Shown: piece by piece, positions 1 to 10,142 of the stretch
Numbering within the stretch: the stretch's first letter is position 1
Layout: each line of letters begins with the position of its first letter
Origin: Polyangiaceae bacterium
Lineage (GTDB): Bacteria > Myxococcota_A > Polyangia > Polyangiales > Polyangiaceae
Direction: 5' to 3'
Assembly (NCBI GenBank): GCA_965222375.1
Contig: CBDCTZ010000015.1
Span: forward strand, 384,001 to 448,000
DNA length: 64,000 nucleotides
The notes under the pieces: generated by a model
Seen by the model: only the letters and a program-made list of their open reading frames with translations
What the model was told of the DNA's origin: nothing
Database searches by the model: none
Made by a program: the position numbers and the translations under genes

Positions 1-32
1 GGTGTTCCATGGGTACGAAGGCGTCTCCTACG

Positions 33-46
33 ATGTCACGTGACAT
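33..46. promoter_or_regulatory. Perfect 14-bp palindrome ATGTCACGTGACAT, possible regulator binding site
   Basis: Seen ~90 bp upstream of the FHA-EBP start; function inferred. Confidence 0.35.
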
Positions 47-134
47 GTCCCGGTGACACTCCTCGCGGTCGTTGGGACATGCTCCGAGGGTTGTCGCGCC
101 GTGTGCCCCAACATGCGACACTGGGTTTCACTCT

Positions 135-1502
135 ATGGTGGACGAAACCCGCACACTGACGGACGCGGATACGCGCGCAGTACGCCCCGCGCTCCCCAAG
201 GTTCCAGTACTATTCGTCGCCTACGGCCCCGATCTCGAGAGCATTGGTCAGCGCCTGGTGGTTCCCACGGATCAGCCGCTGGTGCTCGGCCGCGCCTGCC
301 CCGAGTTTGGCGCCCACGCCTTCGAAGACCCGCTGGCTTCACGTCGCCACGTCGAAATGCGCCGCCTTTCCGGCTCCGCTGGGCATCACTTGACGATCCG
401 TGACCTGGGCAGTCACAACGGTACGCGTGTCAACGGGGAGCTCGTGACCAGCGGTGAGCTCGTGCCTGGAGATGTACTCACCGTGGGCGCGACGATGCTG
501 CTCTACACCGTCGCTGAGCCTGTCGCCAGTCCGGTTGGGGACTCGCGCTTGTCAGGTGTCAGCGGGCATGCCGCGGCGCTTCGTGTGGCAATTTCTAACA
601 CCGCAACGAGCGAGGCGACGGTACTGATCCAAGGCGAGACCGGTGTCGGCAAGGAGGTCGTGGCCACCGAGCTACACCGGCTCAGCGGACGCCCGGGCCA
701 TTTGGTAGCGCTAAACTGCGGTGCGGTGGCAGACGGCGTGGCGCAGAGCGAGCTGTTTGGTCACGCGCGTGGCGCGTTCTCCGGTGCCGATTCGGCTCGA
801 AGTGGCTTGGTCGCAAGCGCTGCCGACGGCACCCTGTTCCTGGACGAGATCGGCGACGCCACGCCGCCTTTTCAGGCGGCGCTGTTGCGTCTGCTCGAGA
901 CTCGGGAGTACCGCCCCGTCGGCGCCGACCGGACGCTCGCCACGACCGCGCGCTGTGTCGCTGCAACGCACGTGCCGCTGGCAGACCGAGTCGCTGACGG
1001 CACATTCCGCGAGGACCTCTTTTCTCGCCTCGAGCGCTTCGTCATCAACGTGGCTCCGCTGAGAAGCCGACCTGAAGACATCATGGTCTTGGCCCTCCAG
1101 TTCGCTCGTCAGGCACTTGGCCGCAAAGACATCATCTTGCGACGTTCCCTGGTGCTGGCGCTACTTCGTTACGGATGGCCCCGTAACGTTCGAGAGCTCG
1201 TCTCGGTCATGGAGCAACTCGCGGGGTCTTGCAGTGATGGCCGAACTCTCGAACTGACCCCAACAGTCGAGGCACGACTTCATCCTCGGGCAGACGCGGA
1301 GGAAAACGCCGTGATTGAGGAGCCGGGCCACGCCGCAGCAAGCAAACCGGACCGCGGAGCTCTGCAGCAGCAGCTGCTTGACGTTCGTTGCAACGTTCGC
1401 CAACTCGCTCGAATGCGCGGTGTATCCCGCAACACGCTCTACCGGTGGCTTAGCGAGTATGACATCGACATCCAAGAGCTGCGCAACAGCATGGAACGAT
1501 GA
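135..1502 (+). CDS. FHA-domain sigma-54-dependent transcriptional activator (Fis-type HTH)
   Basis: FHA (LGR..SRRH..DLGSHNGT), Walker A GETGVGKE, SELFGH-x-RGAFSGA, LFLDEIG, WPRNVREL, HTH SRNTLYRW; start taken at ATG 135. Confidence 0.92.
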   Translation: MVDETRTLTDADTRAVRPALPKVPVLFVAYGPDLESIGQRLVVPTDQPLVLGRACPEFGAHAFEDPLASRRHVEMRRLSGSAGHHLTIRDLGSHNGTRVNGELVTSGELVPGDVLTVGATMLLYTVAEPVASPVGDSRLSGVSGHAAALRVAISNTATSEATVLIQGETGVGKEVVATELHRLSGRPGHLVALNCGAVADGVAQSELFGHARGAFSGADSARSGLVASAADGTLFLDEIGDATPPFQAALLRLLETREYRPVGADRTLATTARCVAATHVPLADRVADGTFREDLFSRLERFVINVAPLRSRPEDIMVLALQFARQALGRKDIILRRSLVLALLRYGWPRNVRELVSVMEQLAGSCSDGRTLELTPTVEARLHPRADAEENAVIEEPGHAAASKPDRGALQQQLLDVRCNVRQLARMRGVSRNTLYRWLSEYDIDIQELRNSMER

Positions 1503-2980
1503 GCAATCGAACGGACAGCTCAGCTGCTGACGGCGGCGGCGCCTCGATGAACGGGGTCCCTCGCGGTTCGTTGATCGCGACTCGCTACCGTGTCGAGCGT
1601 GCCATCGGCAAGGGAGGCATGGGTGCCGTCTTCGCGGCGATAGACACCGTGCGGCAGCGACAAGTAGCTATCAAAGTTATGCTCGGCACACACGCCACAG
1701 ACGCAACGTCGCGGGCGCGGTTCCAACGCGAGGTGAAGCTGGCCGGGGCCATTGACTGCGATCACGTTGTGCGGTTGCTGGACAGCGGCGAGCTCGAGGA
1801 CGGACGCCCGTTCATGGTACTCGAGTTGTTGTCGGGTTTGAGCCTGAAGCAGCTGATCGCGAAGCGTGCCCCGCTGGCGACAGAGCCGGCCGTCCGCTTG
1901 GTGCTGCACGCTGTCGAGGGCGTCGCCGAGGTCCATCGCCGCGAAGTCGTCCACCGCGATCTCAAGCCGAGCAACCTGTTCATCCATCGAAACGCAGAGG
2001 GACGGTCCGTATTGAAAGTACTCGATTTCGGTATTTCGAAGTTGGGCGTGTCAACGGATACCCGAGGTAGCACTACCGGCCTCACAGAATCGCACGCGAT
2101 GGTGGGCTCCCCATTTTATGCGTCTCCGGAGCAGATCAAGAGCTCGAAGCGCGTCGACACCCGCACTGACATCTGGTCGCTGGGCGTGATCTTGCACGAG
2201 TTGCTCACCGGTAAACGGCCGTTTCAAAGCACGAACATGGCCGAACACCTTGTTGCAGTGCTGTCAGAGCAACCAATTGCGCTGCGTCGTCACAGTCCCG
2301 AAGTACCCGAGGCACTCGAGGCCATCGTCCTCAGGTGCCTTGCCCGCGAATGCGTCAACCGCTACTCGAGCGTAGCGGACCTGGCCGAAGCGCTGCTGCC
2401 GTTCGCCGTTGACGAGCAGGAGCGCGTGCGGCGAATTCGCGTGATGATTGGCGAACGGGGCGCACGGGCATTAGCCTTCGATGATGACACCAAGACAGAG
2501 GACGCCCGTGAAGGACCGGCACAGGCATGGGCTGCGACGTCGGCGTCGCCGCTGCCGGTACCGGTCCCCGCTAGGGCGCCGTCCACACAGGCAACGCAGG
2601 GACGGAAACGGCTTGTCCTGGCAGCCCTCGGAGCCCTAGGCTTGGGAGCTGTTGGTACTGCTTACCTGCAGCTGACGGCGACGGCCGTCGGCGGTGAGGC
2701 CACGCCCGAGAGATTGGTGGAAGCCGGTGCGGGCATGGGCAGCGCTGCGGCGGCTCGTGCATGGGAGTCTACGCGTCCTGCAGCTTCGGTCACACGCGGG
2801 GCCGACGCGGCGACGGCCAACCCGGCTCCGGCGCAACCGACAGTGCAGTCCACCACGTCTCGCCCCAAGCCAACGGCGACCCGCAACAGGCGTCAGCGAC
2901 CTGCCTCCAAGAGCCCCTGTGTTCCGCCGTACTACTTCAAAGACGGAATCAAAGTCTACAAGCAGCAATGCCTGAAGTGA
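1499..2980 (+). CDS. Membrane Ser/Thr protein kinase
   Basis: GKGGMG, VAIK, HRDLKPSN, DFG, SPE, DIWSLG; TM segment; ATGA overlap with upstream gene. Confidence 0.95.
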   Translation: MSNRTDSSAADGGGASMNGVPRGSLIATRYRVERAIGKGGMGAVFAAIDTVRQRQVAIKVMLGTHATDATSRARFQREVKLAGAIDCDHVVRLLDSGELEDGRPFMVLELLSGLSLKQLIAKRAPLATEPAVRLVLHAVEGVAEVHRREVVHRDLKPSNLFIHRNAEGRSVLKVLDFGISKLGVSTDTRGSTTGLTESHAMVGSPFYASPEQIKSSKRVDTRTDIWSLGVILHELLTGKRPFQSTNMAEHLVAVLSEQPIALRRHSPEVPEALEAIVLRCLARECVNRYSSVADLAEALLPFAVDEQERVRRIRVMIGERGARALAFDDDTKTEDAREGPAQAWAATSASPLPVPVPARAPSTQATQGRKRLVLAALGALGLGAVGTAYLQLTATAVGGEATPERLVEAGAGMGSAAAARAWESTRPAASVTRGADAATANPAPAQPTVQSTTSRPKPTATRNRRQRPASKSPCVPPYYFKDGIKVYKQQCLK

Positions 2981-3000
2981 CGCGGTCGGCAACGTCAACG

Positions 3001-3849
3001 ATGCGGTTCTGGGTTCTTGCAACTGTGGCTGTGTTCGCGGTCACCGAGGCGGCCGCTCAACCGCCGCGCGCCACGGATCGTTGCATCGACGCACACCAGA
3101 GCGCCCAGAAATCGCGACAGCAGGGCCACTACAAGACTGCCCGTCATGCTCTCAGGGCATGCATCGCTCCCGCCTGCCCTGTGATGCTGCAGCGTGACTG
3201 CGCGACTTGGTTGGCTGAGCTAGACCGATTGCAGCCGACTATTGTGGTGACGGCAGACGACTCTCGCGGTCGCGACATTGGTGGAATCGTCGTCTACGTC
3301 GACGACTCGCGCCAAGGGCTGACTGTCGGCGGGCGCGCGTTGGAGATCGATCCCGGAGACCACCTTCTTCGAATCGAGGCCCCCGGCTACGCGCCAGCGC
3401 GCCAGACCGTGGTTGTCGTAGAGGGCGTGAAGGGACGGGTGATCAACTTCACGTTGCGGCGTAATGTTCGAACTGCGCGTGCTGTTGCACCGCCCCGAGT
3501 TGAGCCCAGGGCGCCGTTGTCCGACGAAGGCGAAACTGCGATGACGCCGCTGACCTGGGCTCTTGCCAGCGTTGGGGTCGCCGGTGTGACCACTTTCGCT
3601 GCGCTTGCCGCGGCCGGCTACTCGCAGGAACAGGAACTCTCCGACTGTTCCCCGAATTGTCCTTCAGACCAGGTGCAGGACGTACGCAACCTCTACCTCG
3701 CAGGAGACATCGCTGGTGCCGTCGGGATTGTCGCCGGCGTCACTGCGATCGTCCTGATCGCGACGCCATCGGTGCCGAGTCGACCCGGCGGCCCATCCGC
3801 CCGCCTCGTAACCAACGGCCAAGGCATCACACTTCAGGGCCGCTTTTGA
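3001..3849 (+). CDS. Secreted PEGA-like protein, typical myxobacterial kinase partner
   Basis: Signal peptide MRFWVLAT, Cys-containing helical N-domain, IDPGDH..EAPGY PEGA-like region, C-terminal hydrophobic hairpin ending in F. Confidence 0.75.
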   Translation: MRFWVLATVAVFAVTEAAAQPPRATDRCIDAHQSAQKSRQQGHYKTARHALRACIAPACPVMLQRDCATWLAELDRLQPTIVVTADDSRGRDIGGIVVYVDDSRQGLTVGGRALEIDPGDHLLRIEAPGYAPARQTVVVVEGVKGRVINFTLRRNVRTARAVAPPRVEPRAPLSDEGETAMTPLTWALASVGVAGVTTFAALAAAGYSQEQELSDCSPNCPSDQVQDVRNLYLAGDIAGAVGIVAGVTAIVLIATPSVPSRPGGPSARLVTNGQGITLQGRF

Positions 3850-4112
3850 GCGAGATGCTGCGCGTCGAGGACGGGAACGTGCCAGGCGTATCCAGATGGT
3901 AGCGCCGCATGGGGGCTGGTGCCTGGGTGCCCTTCGGCCGGTGAGCGAAGCCCGGTTGCGCTAGGTCGAACTCTAGTGTCCGTGCCCAGGCGAGCGAATC
4001 GGGGCACGCCCCCACCAGCGCCGGGGCCACACTCTGAGCGGCTCTGAGACACCCGGCATCGGCGGCCCGAGGGAAACCCCGCACTCTTGGCGGACTTGGC
4101 TAAGATACGCCC

Positions 4113-6158
4113 ATGGCGGAGCTCGTTCCCTATCCCCTTGGTCGGCTGACTTCCCGCATGTTTCGCGAGCTCGAAGAGCGGCAGTCGATCTTCGACCTGC
4201 CCGCCCGGAGCTTCGTGCTCGGAGACAAGGAGCGTGATCTGTCGGTGCGCTTCCACGGTCAACGCGCGGCCTCGCCTTTGGGGCCGGCAGCGGGGCCCCA
4301 ATCTCAGCTGGCGCAGAACATCATCCTGTCGTTCTTGGGCGGCGGACGCATCTTCGAGCTCAAGACGGTTCAGATCCTGGACGAGCTCGACATTCCGCGC
4401 CCGTGCATCGACCTGCAAACCGTCGGCTACAACGTGGAGTGGTCGCAGGAGCTCACTCTCGAACAGTCTCTGGAAGAGTACGTCAAGGCGTCCATGCTCG
4501 TGGAGATCTTGGTGGCAAGCGGCAAGCTCTCCCTCGCACCAGGCTTTGATCGGGTCATCTACGACATGAGCGTCGGTTACGATCTGAAGGGGATCCAAAC
4601 CGACCGGGTGCAGACCTTCATGCGCGGCATGCTCGATGCGAGCGAGGTCGTGGAGCGCCTGCGCAAAGAAATTCCCGACGAGTACAAGCAGTATCGTGAC
4701 CTCGATTTCCGAAAGAAGCTCTCGAACACGCTGACCCTGTCGACCTTCCACGGTTGCCCGCCGGACGAGATCGAACGCATCATCGCCTGGCTCCTCGATG
4801 AGCATCAGCTGCACTGCATCGTGAAACTCAACCCGACGCTGCTCGGCCCCGAGCAGGCCCGCGACATCTTCAACGGCACGCTCGGCTACGAGGACCACAT
4901 TCCGGACTCGGCCTTCGAAAGCGATACGCGCTGGAATCAGGCCGTCGAATTCGTCCAGCGCCTGAGCGACAAGGCCAACGGCCTGGGCTTGGGCTTCGGC
5001 GTCAAGTTCAGCAACACGCTGATTGTCGAAAACCAGCGAGACTTCTTTCCAAAAACCGAGAAGCAGATGTACCTCTCAGGCAAGCCCCTGCACGTGCTGG
5101 CCATGAGCTTGGTGAAGAAGTTCCGGGGGCAGTTTGGGGACCGCTACCCGATCAGTTTTTCGGCCGGCATCGACTCGGCAAACTTCGCCGAAGCCGTGAG
5201 TTTGGGCTTGGTTCCCGTGACCGTGTGCACGGATCTGCTACGCCCGGGTGGTTACGGTCGCATGCGGGCCTACTTTCAGAAGCTCGCCGCCCGAATGAAG
5301 AGCGTGGGTGCCAGCCACCTGGACGACTTCGTGCTCTTGGCCCACGGCAATGCCGAGACCACATTGCAGTCCCTGAAAGGCATCGAGCAGAGCCAGCTTT
5401 CCGCGGCGCAATCCGCTCTGAAGGCCGAGGGCACCAAGGACTTGCGGAGCGTCGTCGACGCCGACACCTACGCGGCTTGGGTCAGCACGGCCCGACTGGC
5501 CAATACACCACGATATGTAGACGGCCTGCTCGGGGACGAGCGCTACATCGCCGCCAACAACCTGAAACCACCGAAGAAGGTCGGAACCACACTGTGGCTA
5601 TTCGAGTGCCTGACCTGCGACAAATGCGTACCGGTCTGCCCCAATGACGCGAACTTCACCTTCGAGCTACCCAAGACGGAGATCCCCGTCGTGAAGCTGC
5701 ACCCAGAAAACGGAGGCTTCCGTCGCGAAGTCGGGGAAGCGATGAAGATCGAAAAGAAGCATCAGCTCGCCAACTTCGCAGACTTCTGCAACGAGTGCGG
5801 CAACTGCGATGTGTTCTGTCCGGAAGACGGCGGCCCCTACGTGCTGAAGCCGCGCTTCTTCGGCAGCCTGGAGCAGTGGCAGCAGTTTGAATCCCACGAC
5901 GGCTTCTACGTGGATCGCGGTGGGAGCGGCGACACCATGTACGGCCGCTTCAAGGGCAACCCCTACAAGCTGGTTTTGACCGGTGGGCGCGCCACGTTTT
6001 CGGGTGACGGATTCGAGCTGAGCTTCTCGGAAGCGGACCCCGAATCGACCCTCGAGGGCTCCGCCAAAGGCGAAGTCGACCTCACCTACTTCTTCATCAT
6101 GAACCACTTGCGCCGCTCGCTGTTGGACGACAGCGGCGTCAACTACGTGAACGCCTGA
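4113..6158 (+). CDS. ygfK: YgfK-like Fe-S oxidoreductase, short form (N-terminal barrel + C-terminal 4Fe-4S only)
   Basis: GPAAGPQSQLAQNI, ELKTVQILD, RPCID, YNVEWSQEL, TLSTFHGCPPDEIE, VKLNPTLLG, MYLSG; CLTCDKCVPVCPN and CNECGNCDVFCP. Confidence 0.8.
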   Translation: MAELVPYPLGRLTSRMFRELEERQSIFDLPARSFVLGDKERDLSVRFHGQRAASPLGPAAGPQSQLAQNIILSFLGGGRIFELKTVQILDELDIPRPCIDLQTVGYNVEWSQELTLEQSLEEYVKASMLVEILVASGKLSLAPGFDRVIYDMSVGYDLKGIQTDRVQTFMRGMLDASEVVERLRKEIPDEYKQYRDLDFRKKLSNTLTLSTFHGCPPDEIERIIAWLLDEHQLHCIVKLNPTLLGPEQARDIFNGTLGYEDHIPDSAFESDTRWNQAVEFVQRLSDKANGLGLGFGVKFSNTLIVENQRDFFPKTEKQMYLSGKPLHVLAMSLVKKFRGQFGDRYPISFSAGIDSANFAEAVSLGLVPVTVCTDLLRPGGYGRMRAYFQKLAARMKSVGASHLDDFVLLAHGNAETTLQSLKGIEQSQLSAAQSALKAEGTKDLRSVVDADTYAAWVSTARLANTPRYVDGLLGDERYIAANNLKPPKKVGTTLWLFECLTCDKCVPVCPNDANFTFELPKTEIPVVKLHPENGGFRREVGEAMKIEKKHQLANFADFCNECGNCDVFCPEDGGPYVLKPRFFGSLEQWQQFESHDGFYVDRGGSGDTMYGRFKGNPYKLVLTGGRATFSGDGFELSFSEADPESTLEGSAKGEVDLTYFFIMNHLRRSLLDDSGVNYVNA

Positions 6159-6295
6159 GGCTTTTTCGGCCTTCCCGGACGAGCGAGCGGTTCCCCTTTG
6201 CGCAACCGGGAACGGTGGGGTAAAAGCCGCGGTCCCCCTGACAAGCGGCGCCCGAGCTCGGTCTCGGCAGCGCACGAGTCGGAGGCACTTTCAAC

Positions 6296-7237
6296 ATGGA
6301 TGTTTCCGTTGTTGCAATGGGAGGCAATTCCCTCGTCGATCCGTCGCTACCGCCGACGGTCGAAAACCAATTTCAGATCACCGCCAAAGCGGTGGCACCC
6401 GTCGCGGAACTCTTGAACGAGGGCGAGAAGCTCGTGCTGACCCACGGCAACGGTCCGCAGGTGGGCTTCATGCAGCTGCGCTCGCACCTGGCCCGGCACG
6501 AAGTGCATGAGGTGCCGCTCGACTCATTGGTCGCGGATACCCAAGGCGCGATCGGCTACATGATCCAACGCGACCTTCGCGAGCAGCTTCGCAAGCTCGG
6601 GTCTGACTCCCACATCGCTTCAGTCATCACCGAGGTTCTGGTCAACCCAGAAGACCCGGCCCTTTCGAATCCGACCAAGCCCGTCGGCAAGTTCTACGAG
6701 GCAGAAGAAGCAGCGCAGATGAAGAGCGAGCGCGGCTGGGCCATGGTGGAAGACGCGGGTCGTGGCTGGCGGCGAGTGGTCGCCTCACCCAGGCCCCACA
6801 AGATCGTCCAGCTGGAAACGATTCGCCTGCTTGCCCAGGCAGGCGTGACCGTCATCGCCTGCGGCGGCGGCGGCATTCCTGTGGTCAGGAACGACGACGG
6901 CAGCATCACTGGCCTGGAAGCGGTCATCGACAAGGATCGCGTCAGCGCACTGCTCGCCATCAAGCTGGGTGTGAAGCGCATGTTCATCACCACGGGCGTG
7001 CAACACATTCAGCGCAACTTCGGTACCAAGTACGCCAAAGACCTGGCGCAGACCACGGTGCCCGAGCTCGAAGAGATGGCCCAGCTTGGCGAATTTCCAC
7101 CCGGCAGCATGGGTCCAAAAGTGGAAGCCGCGATCACGTTTCTGAAGAACGGCGGCGAGGAAGTGACCGTGTGCACGCCACCCGCCCTGGTCGACGCCTT
7201 CAAAGGTCGCGCCGGAACGAGGATTCTCAAGGAGTGA
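6296..7237 (+). CDS. arcC: Carbamate kinase (YqeA/ArcC)
   Basis: AMGGNSL, THGNGPQVG, PTKPVG, RRVVASP, GGGGIPV, EAVIDKD, GSMGPKVEAA. Confidence 0.95.
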   Translation: MDVSVVAMGGNSLVDPSLPPTVENQFQITAKAVAPVAELLNEGEKLVLTHGNGPQVGFMQLRSHLARHEVHEVPLDSLVADTQGAIGYMIQRDLREQLRKLGSDSHIASVITEVLVNPEDPALSNPTKPVGKFYEAEEAAQMKSERGWAMVEDAGRGWRRVVASPRPHKIVQLETIRLLAQAGVTVIACGGGGIPVVRNDDGSITGLEAVIDKDRVSALLAIKLGVKRMFITTGVQHIQRNFGTKYAKDLAQTTVPELEEMAQLGEFPPGSMGPKVEAAITFLKNGGEEVTVCTPPALVDAFKGRAGTRILKE

Positions 7238-7240
7238 ACG

Positions 7241-8356
7241 ATGTCGAGAATTGATTCGCAGCAGCTCCAAGCTTTGTATGGCAGGTGTTTGCTGCTCACG
7301 GACGACTGGACCACCAAGCAGCTCGACACGTTGTGCAGCGTGGCCCGCAGGTTGGCCGAGGCCGACCGAGCAGGTCGCTCCACGGCCTTCATTCCCAACG
7401 AGCTCGCCTACGCCGTCTTTTTCGACAACTCCACGCGTACCAAGAGCGCTTGGGCGGGCGCCGCGGCTCGCCTCGGCATGCAGCCGGTGATCGTCGATGG
7501 TTCTTCGACGCAAGTCTCTCACGGGGAGACGGCCGTGGAGACCGGGGCGATGCTCGGCATGAATGCCCACGCCATGGGCGTGCGCCACGATCTGATCCTG
7601 GGCGAGGGTCAGCCCTTCATGCGCGACGTGCGAAAGGGCATCGACGACTACCTCGCCGCGACGGACAATCCCCGAAAGGTCCCCGTCGTCAACCTACAAT
7701 GCGACGTGGACCATCCCACGCAATCCCTCGCCGACCTGCTCCACCTGCGCAGCAAGCTCGGAGACATCCGCGGCAAGAAGATCGCGGTCAGTTGGGCCTA
7801 CTCCCCGAGCTACGCCAAGCCCCTGAGTGTGCCCCAAGGCTTGATCACCCTGCTGACCCGCTTTGGCGCCCACATCAGCTTGGCCCACCCGGATGGCTAC
7901 CGCTTGATGGACAGCTGCCTGGACTCGGCGAAAGCCCACGCCGCGGAATCGGGTGGATCCTTCACGACCACGAGCAGCATGGACGAAGCCTTCGAAGATG
8001 CCGTAGCCGTCTATCCCAAGAGCTGGGGCCCCTACGACTTGATGATGGAGCGAGTCGCCGCCAACCGTGCCAAAGACAAGAGCGCTCTGGCGGAGATCGA
8101 GAAACGGGCCCTCGAGCTCAACGCGAAACACAAGGACTGGATCTGCGACGAGCGCCGTATGAGCCTCACGCAGGAGAGCTCTGCCCTCTACATGCACTGC
8201 TTGCCCGCGGACATCGGCGCGGAAGTCACGCCCGGCGTGATGGCGAAACACACCGTCAACGTCGCTGAAGAAGCAAATTGGAAGGTCTACGTCGTGATGG
8301 CGATGCTTGCGATCGCCAAAGTGAAGGACCTGCCGGCTCGCCTCGCCGAGCTGTGA
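7241..8356 (+). CDS. ygeW: YgeW-type knotted carbamoyltransferase
   Basis: DNSTRT, SHGET..ET, NLQCDVDHPTQ, WAYSPSYAKPLSVPQG, YPKSW, YMHCLPAD. Confidence 0.88.
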   Translation: MSRIDSQQLQALYGRCLLLTDDWTTKQLDTLCSVARRLAEADRAGRSTAFIPNELAYAVFFDNSTRTKSAWAGAAARLGMQPVIVDGSSTQVSHGETAVETGAMLGMNAHAMGVRHDLILGEGQPFMRDVRKGIDDYLAATDNPRKVPVVNLQCDVDHPTQSLADLLHLRSKLGDIRGKKIAVSWAYSPSYAKPLSVPQGLITLLTRFGAHISLAHPDGYRLMDSCLDSAKAHAAESGGSFTTTSSMDEAFEDAVAVYPKSWGPYDLMMERVAANRAKDKSALAEIEKRALELNAKHKDWICDERRMSLTQESSALYMHCLPADIGAEVTPGVMAKHTVNVAEEANWKVYVVMAMLAIAKVKDLPARLAEL

Positions 8357-8371
8357 AAGTTGGAGTCATTC

Positions 8372-9916
8372 ATGTCTAGCCTCGACCAAAAGATCTTCGA
8401 ACTGTCGGCGAAGTACCGCCCGCTAGCCGCGGAAATTCTCGCAGAGGTCATCCGCGTTCCCGCCGACTACGTGGACAAGTCCCCGGACGAAGGTGGCGAC
8501 CCCCGTTGTGGGCTGTCGAATCACGAGCAGCCGCGCTTGGAGTACCTCAAGCGCCGCATCGTCGAGATCTCTGCGGTGCGCCGCCCCGACGACGTCTTCT
8601 TCGACGACTTCGGCAACTTGGTGTGGCAGGTGGAGGACCCCGACGACGGTATCCCGCGCGCCGACAAGCGCGTCATCTACTTGGATGGCCACAGCGATAC
8701 GGTCCAAGCGCTGCGCCCGGCCTGGCGAGAGAAGACCGGTGGCCTCGACGCCTACGATGGTCTCGTGGACGAAAAGAAGCTCGACCGCGCATTCCTTCGA
8801 CAAGAGCTCGGACATCTGCCGCCCGATGGCGAGTGGGAGCACCTCTTGTTCGGCCGTGGTGCCGCGGACCAACTCAGCGGTGTTGTCTCGGAAGTGATCG
8901 CCACCAAGATCTTGCTCGAGCTCGCAAGTGAAGGCGCGCTCAAAGGCGCCATCGTTCGCGCCTACGCCACGGTTTGCGAAGAGGACAACGACGGCGGCGG
9001 TCCCATGTTCGTCATGCGCGAGGTGCTGCCCAAGGCCGGTCCGGAGTTGATCCCCGACGTGGTGGTGCTCACCGAAGGCACCGGCGACGCCAACAAGGGC
9101 GCCCTGGGGATTTATCGCGGACAACGCGGTCGCATGCAGATCGAGGTGGAAATCGTCGGTCGCAGCTGCCACGGCTCGATGCCCTGGGAAGGCTTGAACC
9201 CCCTCGAGTTCGGCGGCGCGCTGCTCGCGGAAGCGGCGAAGAAGTACGACGCGCGCGAAGGCTTCTTGGACGATCCCTTCTTGGGCCACGGCACCCGCAC
9301 GGCGTCCTGGTCGCAGCTCGACACGCCAAGCGATTGTGCCGTGCCCGAGCGTTTCGTGATTCGCTTCGATCGCCGCCTGACCGTCGGCGAGACCCCCGAG
9401 TCCGCCGTCGCCGACGTGGAAGCACTGGACGCGGTCAAAGCGGCTCGCGACGCGGGCCTGAGCGTCACCGTCTCGGTGCCCACTTACGATCAGGCGACCT
9501 GGAAGGGCTACACCCTGAACAATCCACAGACGTATCTGGGATGGGCCACTCCCGAAGATCACCCGGCGATTACCGCCGCGGTGGCCACCTACGAGCGAGT
9601 GGTGACGCCCAACGTGAAGCCCAGCCCGCGCGGCGGCAAGGGTGCCCTTTCCCCCAAGCCGCGAGTCGATCGCTGGATCTTCTCCACCGATGGGGTGGGC
9701 TTCCCGATCCCAGCTCAGGACAAGTCGATCAACGTTCCGGAGCGCAAGCGCTGGGTGGACTCCGGTCCCACCAAGCACCCGGCGATGTTCGGCTGCGGCC
9801 CCGGTATCGAGCAGAACACCCACAAGATAGGCGAATGCGTCGACCTGCGCGAGCTAGAGCTCGCGGTGGCATTCCTGGCACGCTTCCCCAGCGTCTACGT
9901 CGAACAAAACAGCTGA
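8372..9916 (+). CDS. ygeY: YgeY-like M20 metallohydrolase
   Basis: LDGHSDTV, GRGAADQ, CEED, YRGQRGR, SCHGS, WIFSTDGV; GGAG before ATG 8372; context. Confidence 0.8.
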   Translation: MSSLDQKIFELSAKYRPLAAEILAEVIRVPADYVDKSPDEGGDPRCGLSNHEQPRLEYLKRRIVEISAVRRPDDVFFDDFGNLVWQVEDPDDGIPRADKRVIYLDGHSDTVQALRPAWREKTGGLDAYDGLVDEKKLDRAFLRQELGHLPPDGEWEHLLFGRGAADQLSGVVSEVIATKILLELASEGALKGAIVRAYATVCEEDNDGGGPMFVMREVLPKAGPELIPDVVVLTEGTGDANKGALGIYRGQRGRMQIEVEIVGRSCHGSMPWEGLNPLEFGGALLAEAAKKYDAREGFLDDPFLGHGTRTASWSQLDTPSDCAVPERFVIRFDRRLTVGETPESAVADVEALDAVKAARDAGLSVTVSVPTYDQATWKGYTLNNPQTYLGWATPEDHPAITAAVATYERVVTPNVKPSPRGGKGALSPKPRVDRWIFSTDGVGFPIPAQDKSINVPERKRWVDSGPTKHPAMFGCGPGIEQNTHKIGECVDLRELELAVAFLARFPSVYVEQNS

Positions 9917-10142
9917 GACTTGGTTGGGTTTGGGGTCGCATCGTTGGGGCGGCGCCAGGGCACTACTCCCGCCTTGGCCCACGCGTGGGCGCTTCCAGCT
10001 AGCTGCGTCGGCGCGCCGCAGTCGGGAGCGAGAGATCCGAACAGACCCAAACCCTCATCCTTCCCAACCTTCCCGCCTTCCTGTTCTCTGTCTGAATCGA
10101 ACGAGTGCGACGCTGGTGGTTTGAACAGGCGCCCTGACTCGA

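Noticed and set aside
3850..4112. Purine or Moco riboswitch upstream of ygfK (also checked 25003-25234 upstream of xdh)
   Set aside because: GC-rich hairpins only; no aptamer consensus I can recognise
8423..9823. Long antisense ORFs (also 3834-4898, 27307-28308, 51551-52825, 56265-57995)
   Set aside because: Shadows of real genes caused by high-GC codon bias; no motifs
9926..10054. GGGTTTGGGGTC ... GACCCAAACCC inverted repeat as a MITE
   Set aside because: Short, imperfect, single copy, no target duplication
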